The notes under the pieces are model-generated. The model worked only from the letters and a program-made list of their open reading frames with translations, had not been told where the DNA came from and searched no databases. Shown piece by piece: positions 1 through 11,731 of a stretch of 64,000 nucleotides of DNA. The stretch is taken from assembly GCA_963722255.1 (NCBI GenBank), contig CAVRJO010000002.1, positions 232,169-296,168 on the forward strand, given 5' to 3'. Each line of letters starts with the position of its first letter. Positions within the stretch are counted from its first letter, which is position 1. A program made the position numbers and the translations under genes. This stretch comes from Candidatus Babeliales bacterium. GTDB taxonomy: Bacteria > Babelota > Babeliae > Babelales > JANWKD01.

Positions 1-245
1 TCAGCATTAGCTAAGCAACCATTCTTGACCATAGCAATAATAAGACTATCAGAAACAAGTTTACCAGATTTTATAGCAAAATCTATCTGTTTGCCTATTT
101 CTGTTTGTTCAGCAATATGCTTACGGCATAAATTACCAGTTGAAATTGATTCCAACCAAACTTTTTTACACATAGATGGGATAATGTACCCTTTACCTGA
201 CCCTGGAGGCCCAATAAAAATATAAATATCTTTTTGTGAGTTCAA
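1..245 (-). CDS. adk: adenylate kinase, 5' part only (gene continues beyond window start)
   Basis: Minus-strand reading from TTG 245-243 gives NSQKDIYIFIGPPGSGKG (P-loop) ...ISTGNLCRKHIAEQTEIGKQIDFAIKSGKLVSDSLII. The TTG overlaps the secY stop (TTGA). Usual position downstream of secY. Confidence 0.75.
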   Translation of the reverse strand, partial: MNSQKDIYIFIGPPGSGKGYIIPSMCKKVWLESISTGNLCRKHIAEQTEIGKQIDFAIKSGKLVSDSLIIAMVKNGCLANA

Positions 246-1567
246 CGTACAGCCCTACTTTTTAATCTTCCTGTTGTTAAAAAGCCTTCATAACGATGCT
301 CAATTAAATATGATTCTATCTGAGCAGATGTTTCTAAGAGCAACACCAACCACAATCAACAGTGAAGTTCCACCTAAATAAAATGGCATTCTGAACAAAT
401 GCATTTAAAATATTAGGTGCTAAGGACAAACAATGCTAAATAAATTGCACCAACTAAACCAATACGAGTTAAAATATAATTAAAAAATTCAGCAGTTTTC
501 TTACCTGGACGAATTCCCGGAATAAAGCCACCACTTTTTTTAATATTTTCTGCCAAGTTCATCAGGATTAAATACCAAAGCAGTATAAAAGAATGAGAAA
601 AAGATAATCAACACAAATTCAAAACATTAAATAAAATTCCCTGTGGTGCAAACCATTCAGCAAATCTGTCTAAAAATTTCAACTTTTTGCAGATAAGCAT
701 AGCCTGCAATAATCAAAGGAATATTCAAAACTGAAGAAGCAAAAATTACAGGCATAACACCAGCAGTATTAATTTTAAAAGGAATATAAGTACTTTGACC
801 ACCATAAACACGTTGACCAACAACTCGACGAGCATATTGAACAGGAATTTTACGTTCACCTTTTTCAAGAAAAACAATACATGCCGTAATCATAATAAAA
901 ATAGCTAAAATAAGTAATGCTTGCCAAAGTTCTAAGCTTCCAGCATCAATTAATGCTTATTGTTTTAATAACATACTCAGGAAATCTAGCAACAATACCT
1001 GCAAAAATAATCATTGAACTACCATTACCAATACCAAAAATGAAATCTGCTCACCAAGCCACATAACAAACATAGAACCAACCGTTAATGAGAGAATAAA
1101 CATAATTCTGAAAGCCCCATCCTGGAGTTAAAGACTAATCCTTGACTTTCAAGATAGACCGCATAACCAAAACTATACATAATACTCAAACCAGAACGTT
1201 AAATACCGTGTATATTGATTGATTATTTTACGACCATATTCACCTTCTTTAAGCAAGTTGCTCAAGATAAGGAACTGTCATACTAAACATTTGCATCATA
1301 ATAGATGCAGTAATATAAGGGCATAATACCTAAAGCAAAAAGGTACATGAAGCTAATGCACCGCCAGAAAAAATATCAAGATAACCTAAAAAACCACCCA
1401 AGACTCGTTGCTCGCTTCATATGTTCACCAAGCAAAGGAATATTAACCCCTATAACAGGAATAAACGTACCAAGACGATAAACAATCAGAACACCCAAGG
1501 TAAAAAATACTTTTCTTCTTAATTCTGGAATAAAAAATATATTTTTAAAATTTTTTAACAAAACCAC
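242..1567 (-). pseudogene. secY: preprotein translocase SecY, reading frame broken repeatedly as sequenced
   Basis: Track fragments 1376..1567 (IPELRRKVFFTLGVLIVYRLGTFIPV) and 657..893 (RKIPVQYARRVVGQRVYGGQSTYIPFKINTAGVMPVIFASS). FALGIMPYITASIIMQ is readable only after frame changes near 1319-1340. The 1326-nt span equals the expected SecY length. Confidence 0.8.
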
Positions 1568-1570
1568 TAC

Positions 1571-2032
1571 TTTAACTCTCCTTAGTTAAATGAACTTCTC
1601 CACCACAACTTTCAATCTTTTCTGTTGCACTGTTTACTAAAAGCATCTGCCATAAACAATAAATTTTTTAGTAAAGTTCACCACTTCCCAAAATTTTAAT
1701 TATGGCATTACTTTATACCTTTTACAAAGTCCTTTTTCAACTAAAAGTTCTTTAGTAATATCTGCACCATCTTCAAAAACTCGATCTAAATCATCCAAAT
1801 TAACAATCGCATATTCTGTTGCAAAAGCTTATTATTAAATCCTCGTTTTGGTAATACGACGAGCTAAAGGCATTTGACCTCCTTCAAAACCAAAGTCGAA
1901 CTTTTAACACCACCTGAACGAGCTTTTTGTCCTTTATGCCCCTTACCAGAGGTACCACCTCGGCTACCACCACGACCAATTCTTTTTCTTTTTTTACACA
2001 GAGGGGTTAAATTATTAAGCTGTTGTACCATG
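1571..2032 (-). pseudogene. rplO: 50S ribosomal protein L15, frameshifted as sequenced
   Basis: From ATG 2032: MVQQLNNLTPLCKKRKRIGRGGSRGGTSGKGHKGQKARSGG, then the frame is lost. Ends IESCGGEVHLTKES* at 1571, directly upstream of the secY GTG. Confidence 0.75.
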
Positions 2033-2041
2033 AGCATCCCT

Positions 2042-2533
2042 TTATAATTTGTTCAATTGTTTTACCTCTGAAATGAGCCAATATCCTGAACTGTTCTAAT
2101 TTTGCAATGCATTCAATGTTGCTTTAACCACGTTTTGATCTGATTAGATAGATCCAAGAGATTTTGCCAAAATATCTTTAACTCCTAATGCTTCCATAAC
2201 TGCACGAACTGCACCACCAGCAATAACTCCCGTACCTTTATATGCAGAACGAATAACAACTCGGCTTGCACCATGATGCCCATGAACATTATAAGGAATA
2301 GTTGTACCACGTAACGGATACAGCAATCATGCTCTTGCGAGCTTTTATTGTTGCTTTAGCAATAGCAGAAGAAACTTCTTTGCTTTTACCAACCCAATAC
2401 CAATATTACCTTGTTGATCACCAGAAACAACAAAAGCTGAAAAAGAAAAACTTTTACCACCTTTAGTAACTTTTGTTACACGACTTACACTGACAACAGA
2501 ATCTATAAATTCTTTTTCTTTGTTTTCAGCCAT
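2042..2533 (-). pseudogene. rpsE: 30S ribosomal protein S5, frameshifted as sequenced
   Basis: Track ORFs 2345..2533 (VTKVTKGGKSFSFSAFVVSGDQQGNIGIGL) and 2144..2326 ([54 protein letters not shown]). They are joined by 1-nt homopolymer changes near 2389 and 2315. Confidence 0.8.
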
Positions 2534-2559
2534 TTATATCCTATCTAAATATCGTACAA

Positions 2560-2927
2560 TTAAACTTGTAATCCACCTTCTCTTAATCCTTCAGCAAGAT
2601 TTTACTCTTCCATGAAATAAGATAACTGTCCACGATCAAAAACAACTCTTTTAATGCCTTTTTCTAAGCTCGTTTTGCCAATTCAAGACCAACAGCATTA
2701 GCAATATCTGTCTTATTACCAGAAAGATTCTTAAGTTCTAATGAAGAACAACTTACCAATGGTTTGATCCTTAGCATCATCAATAAGTTGGGCATAAATA
2801 TGATTTAGACTTCTAAAAACAGAAACTCTTGGTAATTTACCAGGATTTTAATCTACTTCTAACACGCAATTGACGTCGTTTTAGTTCTTTGTTTAATACC
2901 TTTTTTAATGACACGTTAAATACTCAT
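2560..2927 (-). pseudogene. rplR: 50S ribosomal protein L18, frameshifted as sequenced
   Basis: Minus-strand pieces [31 protein letters not shown] and LAEGLREGGLQV* lie in different frames. Position between rplF and rpsE. Confidence 0.7.
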
Positions 2928-2930
2928 CTC

Positions 2931-3474
2931 TTATGCAGATTTTGTTTTACCAGCTTTACGCAATATAACTTCACCTTCTATATTTAATACCTGTACCTTT
3001 ATAAGGCTCTGGCGGTCTTAATGCTCGAATTTTACTAGCAAACAAAACCAACTGCTTCTTTATCCATACCTTTTACTGTAATAAGTTGGCCTGTTTTATC
3101 AATTTCAATCGTAATCCCTTGAGGCAATATCAAAATCAATTTTATGACTAAACCAAAGAAAAAACAATTTTACTTCCGGTAGAATGCAGCTTTAAACCCA
3201 ATCCATTAATTGATAACTTTTTGCTCAAAACCGTCTGAAACACCTTTAAGTTCATTAGCCAACAAAGCTCGATGCAAACCCCATAACACATTGTTTTCTC
3301 GAGCGTTCTATCTTCACATACAATTTTAATTGTTGATCGGTTAGTTCTGCTTTAAGAACAGCTGGAAGAACATGGACTCTGAACCCTTTTTCCCTTTGTA
3401 AGCTGTACTTCTTGTCCTTTAATCTCAATTTGTACATTATTACGATCTATTGGTTTTCTTCCAATCTTTGACAT
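2931..3474 (-). pseudogene. rplF: 50S ribosomal protein L6, frameshifted as sequenced
   Basis: Starts MSKIGRKPIDRNNVQIEIKGQEVQLTKGK. Track ORF 3255..3437 lies within it. Ends PYKGTGIKY / GEVILRKAGKTKSA* in shifted frames. Confidence 0.7.
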
Positions 3475-3483
3475 ACTTTACCT

Positions 3484-3879
3484 TTACCAAACTGAACAAA
3501 TTACTTCGCCACCAACAGACAATTCTTTAGCTTTTTTATCAGTCATAATCCCTTTATTTGTAGATAATACGGAAATCCCTAATTCACCAATAACCGGAAA
3601 TAGTCTACCTGATTTGCATAAATACGTCTCCCTGGTTTACTTATTCTTGTAATTTCATGAATAACAGATTCACCATCAACATATTTAAAAAAACTTTAAT
3701 CATTTTTTTTGATGTATCTTCTTCCATCACAGTAAAACTCTTTAATAAAGCCTTCTTCTTTCAAAATTTTTGCAATTTCTAACTTAATCTATAGAATAAG
3801 GAACTACTACTGAACGTTTAGATACCATTAATCCATTGCGAATAATTGTTAAAAAATCTCCAATAGCATCAATTGACAT
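3484..3879 (-). pseudogene. rpsH: 30S ribosomal protein S8, frameshifted as sequenced
   Basis: Starts MSIDAIGDFLTIIRNGLMVSKRSVVVPYS, then a premature stop. The C-terminus GEVICSVW* is readable in another frame. 396-nt span. Confidence 0.75.
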
Positions 3880-3896
3880 TATTTCCTTCCTACAAT

Positions 3897-4082
3897 TTAC
3901 CAACTAGTTTTCTTAACACCAGGAAGAACACCTGCTAAAGCAAGTTTTCTAAAACAAAGACGACACATCATAAAAAATCTCATATAACCACGCGGTCTTC
4001 CACAAAGCTTACATCTATTTCTTTGTCTAACAGAAAATTTTGGTGTTCTATTAGCTTTTTCAATCATTGCTTTTCTTGCCAT
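3897..4082 (-). CDS. rpsN: 30S ribosomal protein S14, short Zn-ribbon (type Z) form
   Basis: Intact 61-aa [64 protein letters not shown] with CxxC...CxxC. Confidence 0.9.
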   Translation of the reverse strand: MARKAMIEKANRTPKFSVRQRNRCKLCGRPRGYMRFFMMCRLCFRKLALAGVLPGVKKTSW

Positions 4083-4093
4083 TGCTCTACCTT

Positions 4094-4646
4094 CTATTTC
4101 TTAATTTTTTTAAACGGCATACCAAATCCTTTCAGCAATTCTAGTGCATAAGTCATCTTTGCCAGCAGTAGTATGAATGGTAATATTTAACCCATGTACA
4201 TTTTCAAAAGAACTTTTTTCTGCTTCAGGGAAAATAGTCCATTCTTTTATTCCAAGATTATAGTTTCCACGACCATCAATCTTTAAAGATACCCTTGAAA
4301 ATCTCTGACATTAGGCAATGACAAATTAATGAGCTTATCAAGAAAATTATACATGTTATCACTACGTAAGGTAACCATAACACCAATAGGCATGCCTTCA
4401 CGAATCTTAAAACCTGCAATAGATTTCTTGGCAATAGTTCTCACTGGTGCTTGACCAGCAATTTTTTCAATAACATCAGCAACAATTTTTAAAACTTTAC
4501 TATCAGCAACAGCTTCTTTCACCCCAACATTAAGAACAATTTTTGAAAGTTTGGGAACTTCCATAATATTATTTAATTCCCAATTTTGTTTTTAATTCAG
4601 GACGAATTTTTTTATTATATAGTTCTTCTAAACGAGATTTTTCCAT
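4094..4646 (-). pseudogene. rplE: 50S ribosomal protein L5, frameshifted as sequenced
   Basis: [25 protein letters not shown], then track ORF 4283..4564 ([19 protein letters not shown]...[19 protein letters not shown]). Tail DGRGNYNLGIKEWTIFPE and [10 protein letters not shown] lie in other frames. Confidence 0.8.
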
Positions 4647-4662
4647 TAAATATCCTTAATAA

Positions 4663-4982
4663 TCAAAAAACTTCTTCACAACGATTACACATACGTGCTT
4701 TTTTATCCTTCAACCACTGTTGCATTTAAACGACATGGTTTTTTACAAGAAGCACATATGGCATTACTTTAGAAACATCAATAATATCTTTCTTCTTTTT
4801 TAATAGCAGAAACTTCACCTTGTTTACGTGCTTTTGCATGCCGTAGCAACAAGACCAAGTCCTTGAATTCTTACTTTATTAACTTTACCTTTTTTTGATA
4901 AAACATCAATAACCTAACCTTGTTTATCTTTTTCTTTTCCTGAGATAACCACAACCGTATCATTTTTTTTTATACGCATCAT
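4663..4982 (-). pseudogene. rplX: 50S ribosomal protein L24 (Zn-ribbon C-terminus), in-frame TAG plus frameshifts as sequenced
   Basis: MMRIKKNDTVVVISGKEKDKQG*VIDVLSKKGKVNKVRIQGL (KOW) with TAG at 4914..4916. C-terminal PICASCKKPCRLN...RMCNRCEEVF* resembles the Thermus-type CxxC...CxxC L24 (recalled from memory). Confidence 0.7.
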
Positions 4983-4998
4983 GTCATAAGCAAACCTC

Positions 4999-5390
4999 TT
5001 ATAAAACTTCTGGTGCTAAAGAAAAATTTTTGAATAGCCTATCTCGTAATTCACGGCAACAGGACCAAAAATACGTGTTCCAATCGGTTCTGCTTCACCC
5101 TTTTATCATTTTTTCAAAATCACAGCAGCATTTTCACCAAAACGAATATAGCTGCCATCTTCCGTCGATATTCTTTTACTGTTCTCACAATAACCGCATC
5201 TAACAACTTCTTTCTTTTTTACCATTCCACCCGGAATTGCATCTTTTAACTGAAACAATTAACTATATCACCAATGTATGCAAAACGTTTTCCGGTACTA
5301 CCTACCATTTGAATTCATTACACGAATTACCATTACTTTTATGCACCTGAATTATCTGCAACTTCTACAACATGATTGTTCTTGTATCAT
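4999..5390 (-). pseudogene. rplN: 50S ribosomal protein L14, frameshifted as sequenced
   Basis: RBS AGGAGA, then MIQEQS. Pieces VEVADNSGA, KVMVIRV, GKRFAYIGDIV, GSYIRFGENAAVI and PIGTRIFGPVA lie in alternating frames. Confidence 0.75.
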
Positions 5391-5402
5391 AATTATCTCC
5401 TC

Positions 5403-5677
5403 TTATCCTTGCACGATGCTTAACGACGCGAGATAAGTACATATATTTTGTTTTTGAAACAGGACGACCTTCATAAAACTTCAACAATATCCCCAATTTT
5501 AGCTTGTTCATTTTCATCATGAACTTTATATTTTTTAATAGAATTCACAACTTTATGCAATAATGGCTCTTTGAAAGTTCGCTTCACTTTAACAACTATT
5601 GTTTTATCCATTTTATCAGAAACAACTTCTCCGACAATCGGTTTTTTAATTTTATCTGCTTTTTGATTAGCAACCAT
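5403..5677 (-). pseudogene. rpsQ: 30S ribosomal protein S17, 3' end frameshifted as sequenced (3' boundary uncertain)
   Basis: Track ORF 5471..5677 ([67 protein letters not shown]). Continuation EGRPVSKTKYMYLSRVVK lies in the next frame. Confidence 0.75.
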
Positions 5678-5687
5678 TTGATTACCT

Positions 5688-5897
5688 TCATATTATCGGA
5701 CATTTATTCTTTTGATTCAAATACGTTAATGCTCGCGCAATATTTTTCTTTAATTTTGTTAAATTGAGAATAATCTTTAACATGCGTTGTAGCAACATTA
5801 AGTTTCAAACCAAAAAGTTCTTGTCTATAATGCTTCAACTTTTTCTTTGAAGTTGTTCTATGCTCATAGTCTTTAATTCATTTTTTTCTTTATTCAT
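5688..5897 (-). pseudogene. rpmC: 50S ribosomal protein L29, frameshifted as sequenced
   Basis: MNKEKNELKTMSIEQLQ, then RQELFGLKLNVATTHVKDYSQFNKIK and KNIARALTYLNQKNK in shifted frames. The ATG overlaps the rplP stop. Confidence 0.65.
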
Positions 5898-6309
5898 GCT
5901 CTTCTGCTCTCTTTACAATTTTAGTTTTCATCGGAAGCTTATAAGCTGCAAGTCGAAGAACATCTTTAGCTTCTTGTTCAGCTAAGCCCTTCAATTTCAC
6001 AAATAACACGACCACGTTTTACAACAGCAACCCAAAATTCAGGATTACCTTTACCTTTACCCATACGAGTTTCAGCAGGTTTTTTGGTAACTGGTTTATC
6101 AGGAAAAACACGTAAAAACAATTTGCCAACTTTTTTCAATTACGTGAAATAGTAACACGCATTGCTTCAATTTGCTGAGCAGTAAGCCATGCAGGTTCAA
6201 CTGCTTGTAAGCCCATAATCACCAAACGCAACATCACGAGCACCTTTAGAAAGACCTTTACGGTTCCTCTTTGAACTTTTCTATATTTAGTTTTTTTTGG
6301 CATTAACAT
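5890..6309 (-). pseudogene. rplP: 50S ribosomal protein L16, frameshifted as sequenced
   Basis: Pieces [53 protein letters not shown] and [32 protein letters not shown] are spread over three frames. Confidence 0.8.
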
Positions 6310-6967
6310 GATTTATATTCTTTCAACAATATTAAACTAATTGGATATTCACCTTTACAAATCCATACTTTAACACCAATAATACCATAGGTAGTTATTG
6401 CTTCAGCAAATCCATAATCAATATCTGAACGTAAGGTATGCAAAGGAATTGAACCAACACGATACCATTCATCACGTGCAATTTCTGCACCACCTAAACG
6501 TCCTGCACAGCAAATTTTAACCCCTTTAGCACCACTACGAATAGATGAAGCAGCTGCTCGTTTCATAGCTTTTTTAAAACTTGCTCGTTTTTCTAACTGA
6601 TCTGCAATATTTTTAGCAACTAATGTAGCATCTAGTTCAGGACTTTTAACTTCTTGAACAGAAACTTCAACATTTGCACGATTTAAGAAGTTTAGCTAAT
6701 TCTTTACGCAAGGTATCAATTTCTTGTCCTTTTTTACCAATAACAACACCAGGACGAGCAGAATGAATAATAACTTCGAACATTTTCACCAGCTTTTTCA
6801 ATTTCAATACGTAGCAATTTCAGCAGTTTCAAGAACTTCTTCTAAAATTTTCTAATTTTTAAATCTTCAAGAACCTGCATTCCATACGATTTTCTTGCAA
6901 ACCAACGAGCATCCCAATCGCGATAAACACCCAAACGAAATCCTATTGGATTAACCTTTTGTCCCAC
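6303..6967 (-). pseudogene. rpsC: 30S ribosomal protein S3, frameshifted as sequenced
   Basis: GTG start, [24 protein letters not shown]. Track ORF 6303..6566 ([57 protein letters not shown]). Confidence 0.8.
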
Positions 6968-6978
6968 ACTATACCTCT

Positions 6979-7316
6979 TTAGCTTTCTAAAGTTACATCT
7001 TAATATGACTAAATCGTTTTCGTTAAAACAGTTGGCCGACCCATAGCACCTGGTTTAAAATACCGAAATATAGGACCTTGATCAACACGAAAATCTTTAA
7101 TAACAAGATTTTCAGTTCAATACATTACTTATATTCTTTGCATTTGCAACAGCAGACTTCAAGCACCTTTTCTATAGGCTTCTGACACGTTGTGACCGAA
7201 TAAGTTGCAAGCCAATTAAAAGCATACTGAGCATTTTTTCCCCGTAATAACATCAACCAATGGTCGTAATTTATAAGGCGAATAATGTATATATTTGCTT
7301 TAGCTATAAATTGCAT
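6979..7316 (-). pseudogene. rplV: 50S ribosomal protein L22, frameshifted as sequenced
   Basis: Track ORF 7125..7316 starts MQFIAKA...[40 protein letters not shown] lies in another frame. Confidence 0.75.
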
Positions 7317-7347
7317 TTTTATCCTTAATTATGTATATTAAGCAGGA

Positions 7348-7632
7348 CTAGTTCCTTCGCAACCCAGCTTTTCGTTGACCACTATGCAATCTAAATGTTC
7401 TGGTTGGAGCAAATTCACCAAGATAATGTCCAACCATATTTTCTGTAACAAACACTGGAATAAATTTTTTCCCATTATGTACAGCAATAGTCAACCCAAC
7501 AAAATCAGGTATAACCATACTTCCGCGAGACCATGTTTTAATAACTTCTCTTTTACCACTTGCTTTTAAACGTTCAACTTTTTCTAAGAAGCGATTCAGC
7601 AACAAAAGGACCTTTTTTGTTGATCTTGCCAT
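7348..7632 (-). CDS. rpsS: 30S ribosomal protein S19
   Basis: Intact 94-aa ORF with ...[50 protein letters not shown]. Confidence 0.9.
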   Translation of the reverse strand: MARSTKKVLLLLNRFLEKVERLKASGKREVIKTWSRGSMVIPDFVGLTIAVHNGKKFIPVFVTENMVGHYLGEFAPTRTFRLHSGQRKAGLRRN

Positions 7633-7652
7633 ATTTTATTTATCTTTCTCAA

Positions 7653-8483
7653 TCACATTATTTTCTTCGTTTTCAAAATCAATGGATTTTTACGCTTACT
7701 TGTTCGTGTATCCTTTAGCACCTTTACCCCATGGACTTTACTGGATGAGAACCAGATTTAGAACGACCTTCACCACCACCATGTGGGTGATCAACTGGGT
7801 TCATAGCCATACCACGAACTGTTGGTCTAATTCCCATATGACGCGATACTACCTGCTTTACCAATACAATATTCTTATAATCAGCATTACCCAAGAGTAC
7901 CGACGGTAGCCCAACAATCCAAGGTGTAACAATTCGAATTTCACCAGAAGGCATTTTTAAAGTTGCATACTCATCTGTTTTAGCCATAATCTGAACTGAA
8001 GTTCCAGCACTACGAGCAAATGTACCACCTGAATTCTGGACTAATTTCAACATTATGAACCGTAAAACCAACTGGAATATTACGCAAAGGCAAACGAATT
8101 TCCGACTTTAGCTTCAGCATCAGCTGCATGCCAATATCGTATTACCAACTTTTAAACCTTCAGGCATCAAAATATATCTTTTAGCACCATTTTTAAAAAC
8201 AACTAACGCAATATGAACATTACGATTTGGATCATATTCAACAGCAGTAACTTTTCCTTCAACATCTCGATCAAGTACGTTAAAATCAATCATGCGATAT
8301 TTTCTTGCAGCACCACCACCACGATGACGACGTTGTAATACGTCCATAAGCATTTCGTCCGCCCGTTTTTTTCAACCCGATAACAAGAGATTTTTCAGGA
8401 CTTTTTTTTGTTAAGTCACTTGAATCGATAAATGTTTGAAAACGTAAAGAAGCACTTCTTGGTTTTCTACTAATAATTGCCAT
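7653..8483 (-). pseudogene. rplB: 50S ribosomal protein L2, frameshifted as sequenced
   Basis: Track ORFs 8286..8483 (MAIISRKPRSASLRFQTF...GGRNAYGRITT), 8120..8353 (RRHRGGGAARKYRMIDF...) and 7724..8071 (...GMAMNPVDHPHGGGEGRSKSG). 831-nt span. Confidence 0.85.
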
Positions 8484-8842
8484 TATATATCCTTAAAATC
8501 ACTCTCGTGTTGTTTCGGTATCATTGGAAGCAGCATTGTTCCCATAACTAATCCTCCTGATACTAACTGTGCTAGTGTATCAAAAGATTGAGAATCTTTC
8601 AATGTGACAATTGCTTGCTTAATTAACGGACCTTATGATTTCACTCTTTTAAAAACTACGATTCTTACCTTTACGATCGTTAATATTAACGTTTTTAACT
8701 TTTACATTAAAAAGCTTTTCAAGGGCTTCCTTAACTAAAGCTTTATTTGCTTCAGGATGCAACTTCAAAAGTAATTTTTTGCTAATTTATTAATACGATC
8801 TGAAGCTTTTTCAGTAACAACAGGGCGTCGTATAATAGTCAT
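8483..8842 (-). pseudogene. rplW: 50S ribosomal protein L23, frameshifted as sequenced (alternative start 8857)
   Basis: MTIIRRPVVTEKASDRINKLAKNY, then KQAIVTLKDSQSFD in another frame. Its stop overlaps the rplB ATG. Confidence 0.65.
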
Positions 8843-8847
8843 AAATT

Positions 8848-9509
8848 TTAAAGCCATTTTGAAACCATTTCTTTAAAAACATGGTAAATCTTTTTGCAAA
8901 ACAATCCAATGCTTACCATTCATCAAATCAAATGCATTTAGCTTCATCAAATAATAACAACCTGGACATTAGGAATATTTATAAAAGAAGAATACACTAA
9001 AACATCATCCAAAGAAACAAATAGAACAACCTTTGTTATGAGCTAAATTAGCTTGTTTTAAAAGGTTATATGCATATGAAGTTTTAGGAGCATTATCCAT
9101 CGAAATGCCCAAGGCAAAGATAAATCTTTCCCTTATCCAAATAATCACATACAGATATATTAAAAATACCACTGTCTTAGCTTTTTTGATACTTTTAAGC
9201 ATTCTTACACGTGGTTGTGGTCCAAAAATCACACCACCACCTCGCCATAACGGAGATCGAGCTGACCCTGCACGTGCTCTACCTGTACCTTTTTGCTTCC
9301 AAGGTTTTCTGTTAGAGAAACTAACATCAGATCTGCCTTTACAGCCAACAGTTCCTTGACGCCAATTTTGCAAAAGCTGACGAATATAAATAGCAAACAC
9401 CAGCTGAAGCAATTTCTCTTTGTTGAATCTCAAATCCTAAGTCATTGCGTGTTAAAGCTGCACCGTTTAAGTCGCTTGAGTATTATTTGTTATTTTTCTG
9501 AGCAGACAT
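8848..9509 (-). pseudogene. rplD: 50S ribosomal protein L4, frameshifted as sequenced
   Basis: Track ORF 9005..9433 contains [36 protein letters not shown] (L4 signature). ATG at 9509 just after the rplC stop. Confidence 0.75.
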
Positions 9510-9516
9510 CGTTTAC

Positions 9517-10143
9517 CTACACTTTTCGCATGAATACTAATGAACCAGATCTGCCAGGAACAGATCCCTTAATCAAAACAACATGTGCTTCCGGTTCAAT
9601 TCTAATACCTTAAGATTTCGCATCACTCGTTGTACATCACCCATATGACCAGGCAGTTTCTTACCCTTAATAACACGTACCTTGAGATCTCATAAAACTC
9701 AATGATCCTGGAATTCTACCAAAGCGTGGACCGTGACTTGCGCGACCACCTGTGAAATCCATGACGTTTAACAACACCTTGAAATCCATGTCCCTTAGTT
9801 GTTCCAAACACATCAACAGTTATCACCAATTTGTAAACAGAGAACAAAATCAACTGGTTGCCCAACTACTGCATCTTTCGATATTTTCATGAGTATCAAT
9901 TTCTCTTAATGCATAAAAATAATGCATTTGGCTTTTTTAACCCAATCATTTGAAAATTGCTTACCTGCATATTTTTTTCTGACAAGACCAATTTGCACAG
10001 CATCATAGCCATCTTTTTCTTTAGATTTAAATTGAGTAACAACCCAATTATTCAACATCAATAACAGTAACAGGAACAACTTTATCGTTTTCAGAAAAAA
10101 CTTGAGTCATTCCGATTTTTTTACCCAAAATACCTTTTAACAT
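9517..10143 (-). pseudogene. rplC: 50S ribosomal protein L3, frameshifted as sequenced
   Basis: [46 protein letters not shown] and GGRASHGPRFGRIPGSL lie in different frames. Confidence 0.8.
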
Positions 10144-10161
10144 TGAAATACCTTTCTGATT

Positions 10162-10467
10162 CTATTTAATTTCTACATCAACACCAGATGATATATTCAA
10201 TTTCATAAGAGCGTCCATAGTTTGATCTGAAGGAGAAACAATATCCAAAATACGTTTATGCGTAGTCAACTCAAATTGCTCCCGTGATTTTTTATCAACA
10301 TGAGGTGATCTTAAAACAGTAAAGCATCGCTTTTTATTAGGCAAAGGAACAGGCCCCATAACTTCGGAGCCTGTTCTTTTTGCTGTCAAAACAATTTGTT
10401 TCACTGCTTTATCAAGCAATTGATGATCATACGATTTCAAAGTTAAGCGAATTTTTTGTTTTTTCAT
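10162..10467 (-). CDS. rpsJ: 30S ribosomal protein S10
   Basis: Intact 101-aa [69 protein letters not shown]... Confidence 0.9.
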   Translation of the reverse strand: MKKQKIRLTLKSYDHQLLDKAVKQIVLTAKRTGSEVMGPVPLPNKKRCFTVLRSPHVDKKSREQFELTTHKRILDIVSPSDQTMDALMKLNISSGVDVEIK

Positions 10468-11699
10468 TACAGTTCCATTAACCTATTTACTTTAATAATT
10501 TCAGTTACAACACCAGATCCAACAGTTCTACCACCTTCACGAATAGCAAAATGTAAATCTTTTTCCATTGCAATTGGTGCAATCAAATCAACAGTCAAGT
10601 CAACGTTATCACCAGGCATAACCATTTCACGTCCTCAGTCTAAAGTTACAATACCAGTAACGTCTGTTGTTCTGAAATAGAATTGCGGACGATAGCCATT
10701 AAAGAATGGACTATGACGTCCACCTTCATCTTTAGACAAGAATGTAAACTTCACATTTGAATTTTTTATGAGGGTTACAGTACCTGGTTTTGCAATAACC
10801 ATACCACGTTCAATATCTTCTTTTTTAACACCACGAAGAGAAGACCCAACGTTATCGCCAGCTTGACCTTCTTTAAGTTCTTTTTTAAACATTTCAACGC
10901 CGGTAACCGTTGTTTTGATGTTATTACCAAAACCAACAATTTCAACTTCTTCACCAACTTTAACTTTACCACGTTCAATACGACCAGTAGCAACAGTACC
11001 ACGTCCAGAAATAGAGAATACACCTTCAACTGCCATCAAGAATGGTTTATCAATTTCACGAATTGGTTCAGGAATATAGGTATCAACAGCTTCCATCAAT
11101 TTTATGAATAGCCTGGTTCACCAATTTCACTTTTATCGCCTTTTAATGCTTTAAGAGCTGAACCACGAATAAAAGGAATTTTATCACCAGGGAAATCATA
11201 TTTTGTTAAAAGATCTCTGATTTCTTCTTCAACCATATCCACCATTTCAGGGTCATCAACCATGTCAATTTTATTTAAGAAAGACAACAAATGAAGGAAC
11301 GCCAACATTTTTTGCAAGCAAGATATGTTCACGAGTTTGAGGCATAGCACCATCAGCTGCAGAAACAACCAAAATTGCACCATCCATTTGTGCTGCACCG
11401 GTGATCATGTTTTTTACATAGTCAGCGTGACCAGGACAGTCAACGTGCGCATAGTGACGTTTTTCTGTTTCATATTCAACGTGTGATGTAGCAATAGTAA
11501 TACCACGAGCTTTTTCTTCAGGCGCATTATCAATTTGATCATACGCTCTGGCTTGTGCCAAACCTTTTTCTGCTAATACTTTAGTAATAGCAGCGGTTAA
11601 CGTTGTTTTACCATGGTCAACGTGACCAATAGTACCAATATTAACATGTGGTTTTTTACGTTCAAAAATTTCTTTTGCCATTGTAATTTCTCCTAACAA
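10467..11699 (-). pseudogene. tuf: elongation factor Tu, frameshifts plus in-frame TGA as sequenced
   Basis: Track ORFs 11271..11699 ([10 protein letters not shown]...[26 protein letters not shown]), 11102..11398 and 10635..11099. Breaks at homopolymers near 11280, 11112 and 11100. TGA at 10635..10637, followed in-frame by [11 protein letters not shown]...[19 protein letters not shown]. Confidence 0.9.
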
Positions 11700-11731
11700 C
11701 CGTTTTACAATTAATTAAACACTATTTCTTT

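Noticed and set aside
25-225. Plus-strand 66-aa ORF at the window start
   Set aside because: It is the antisense shadow of adk. The minus strand carries the GPPGSGKG P-loop and an adenylate-kinase-like sequence.
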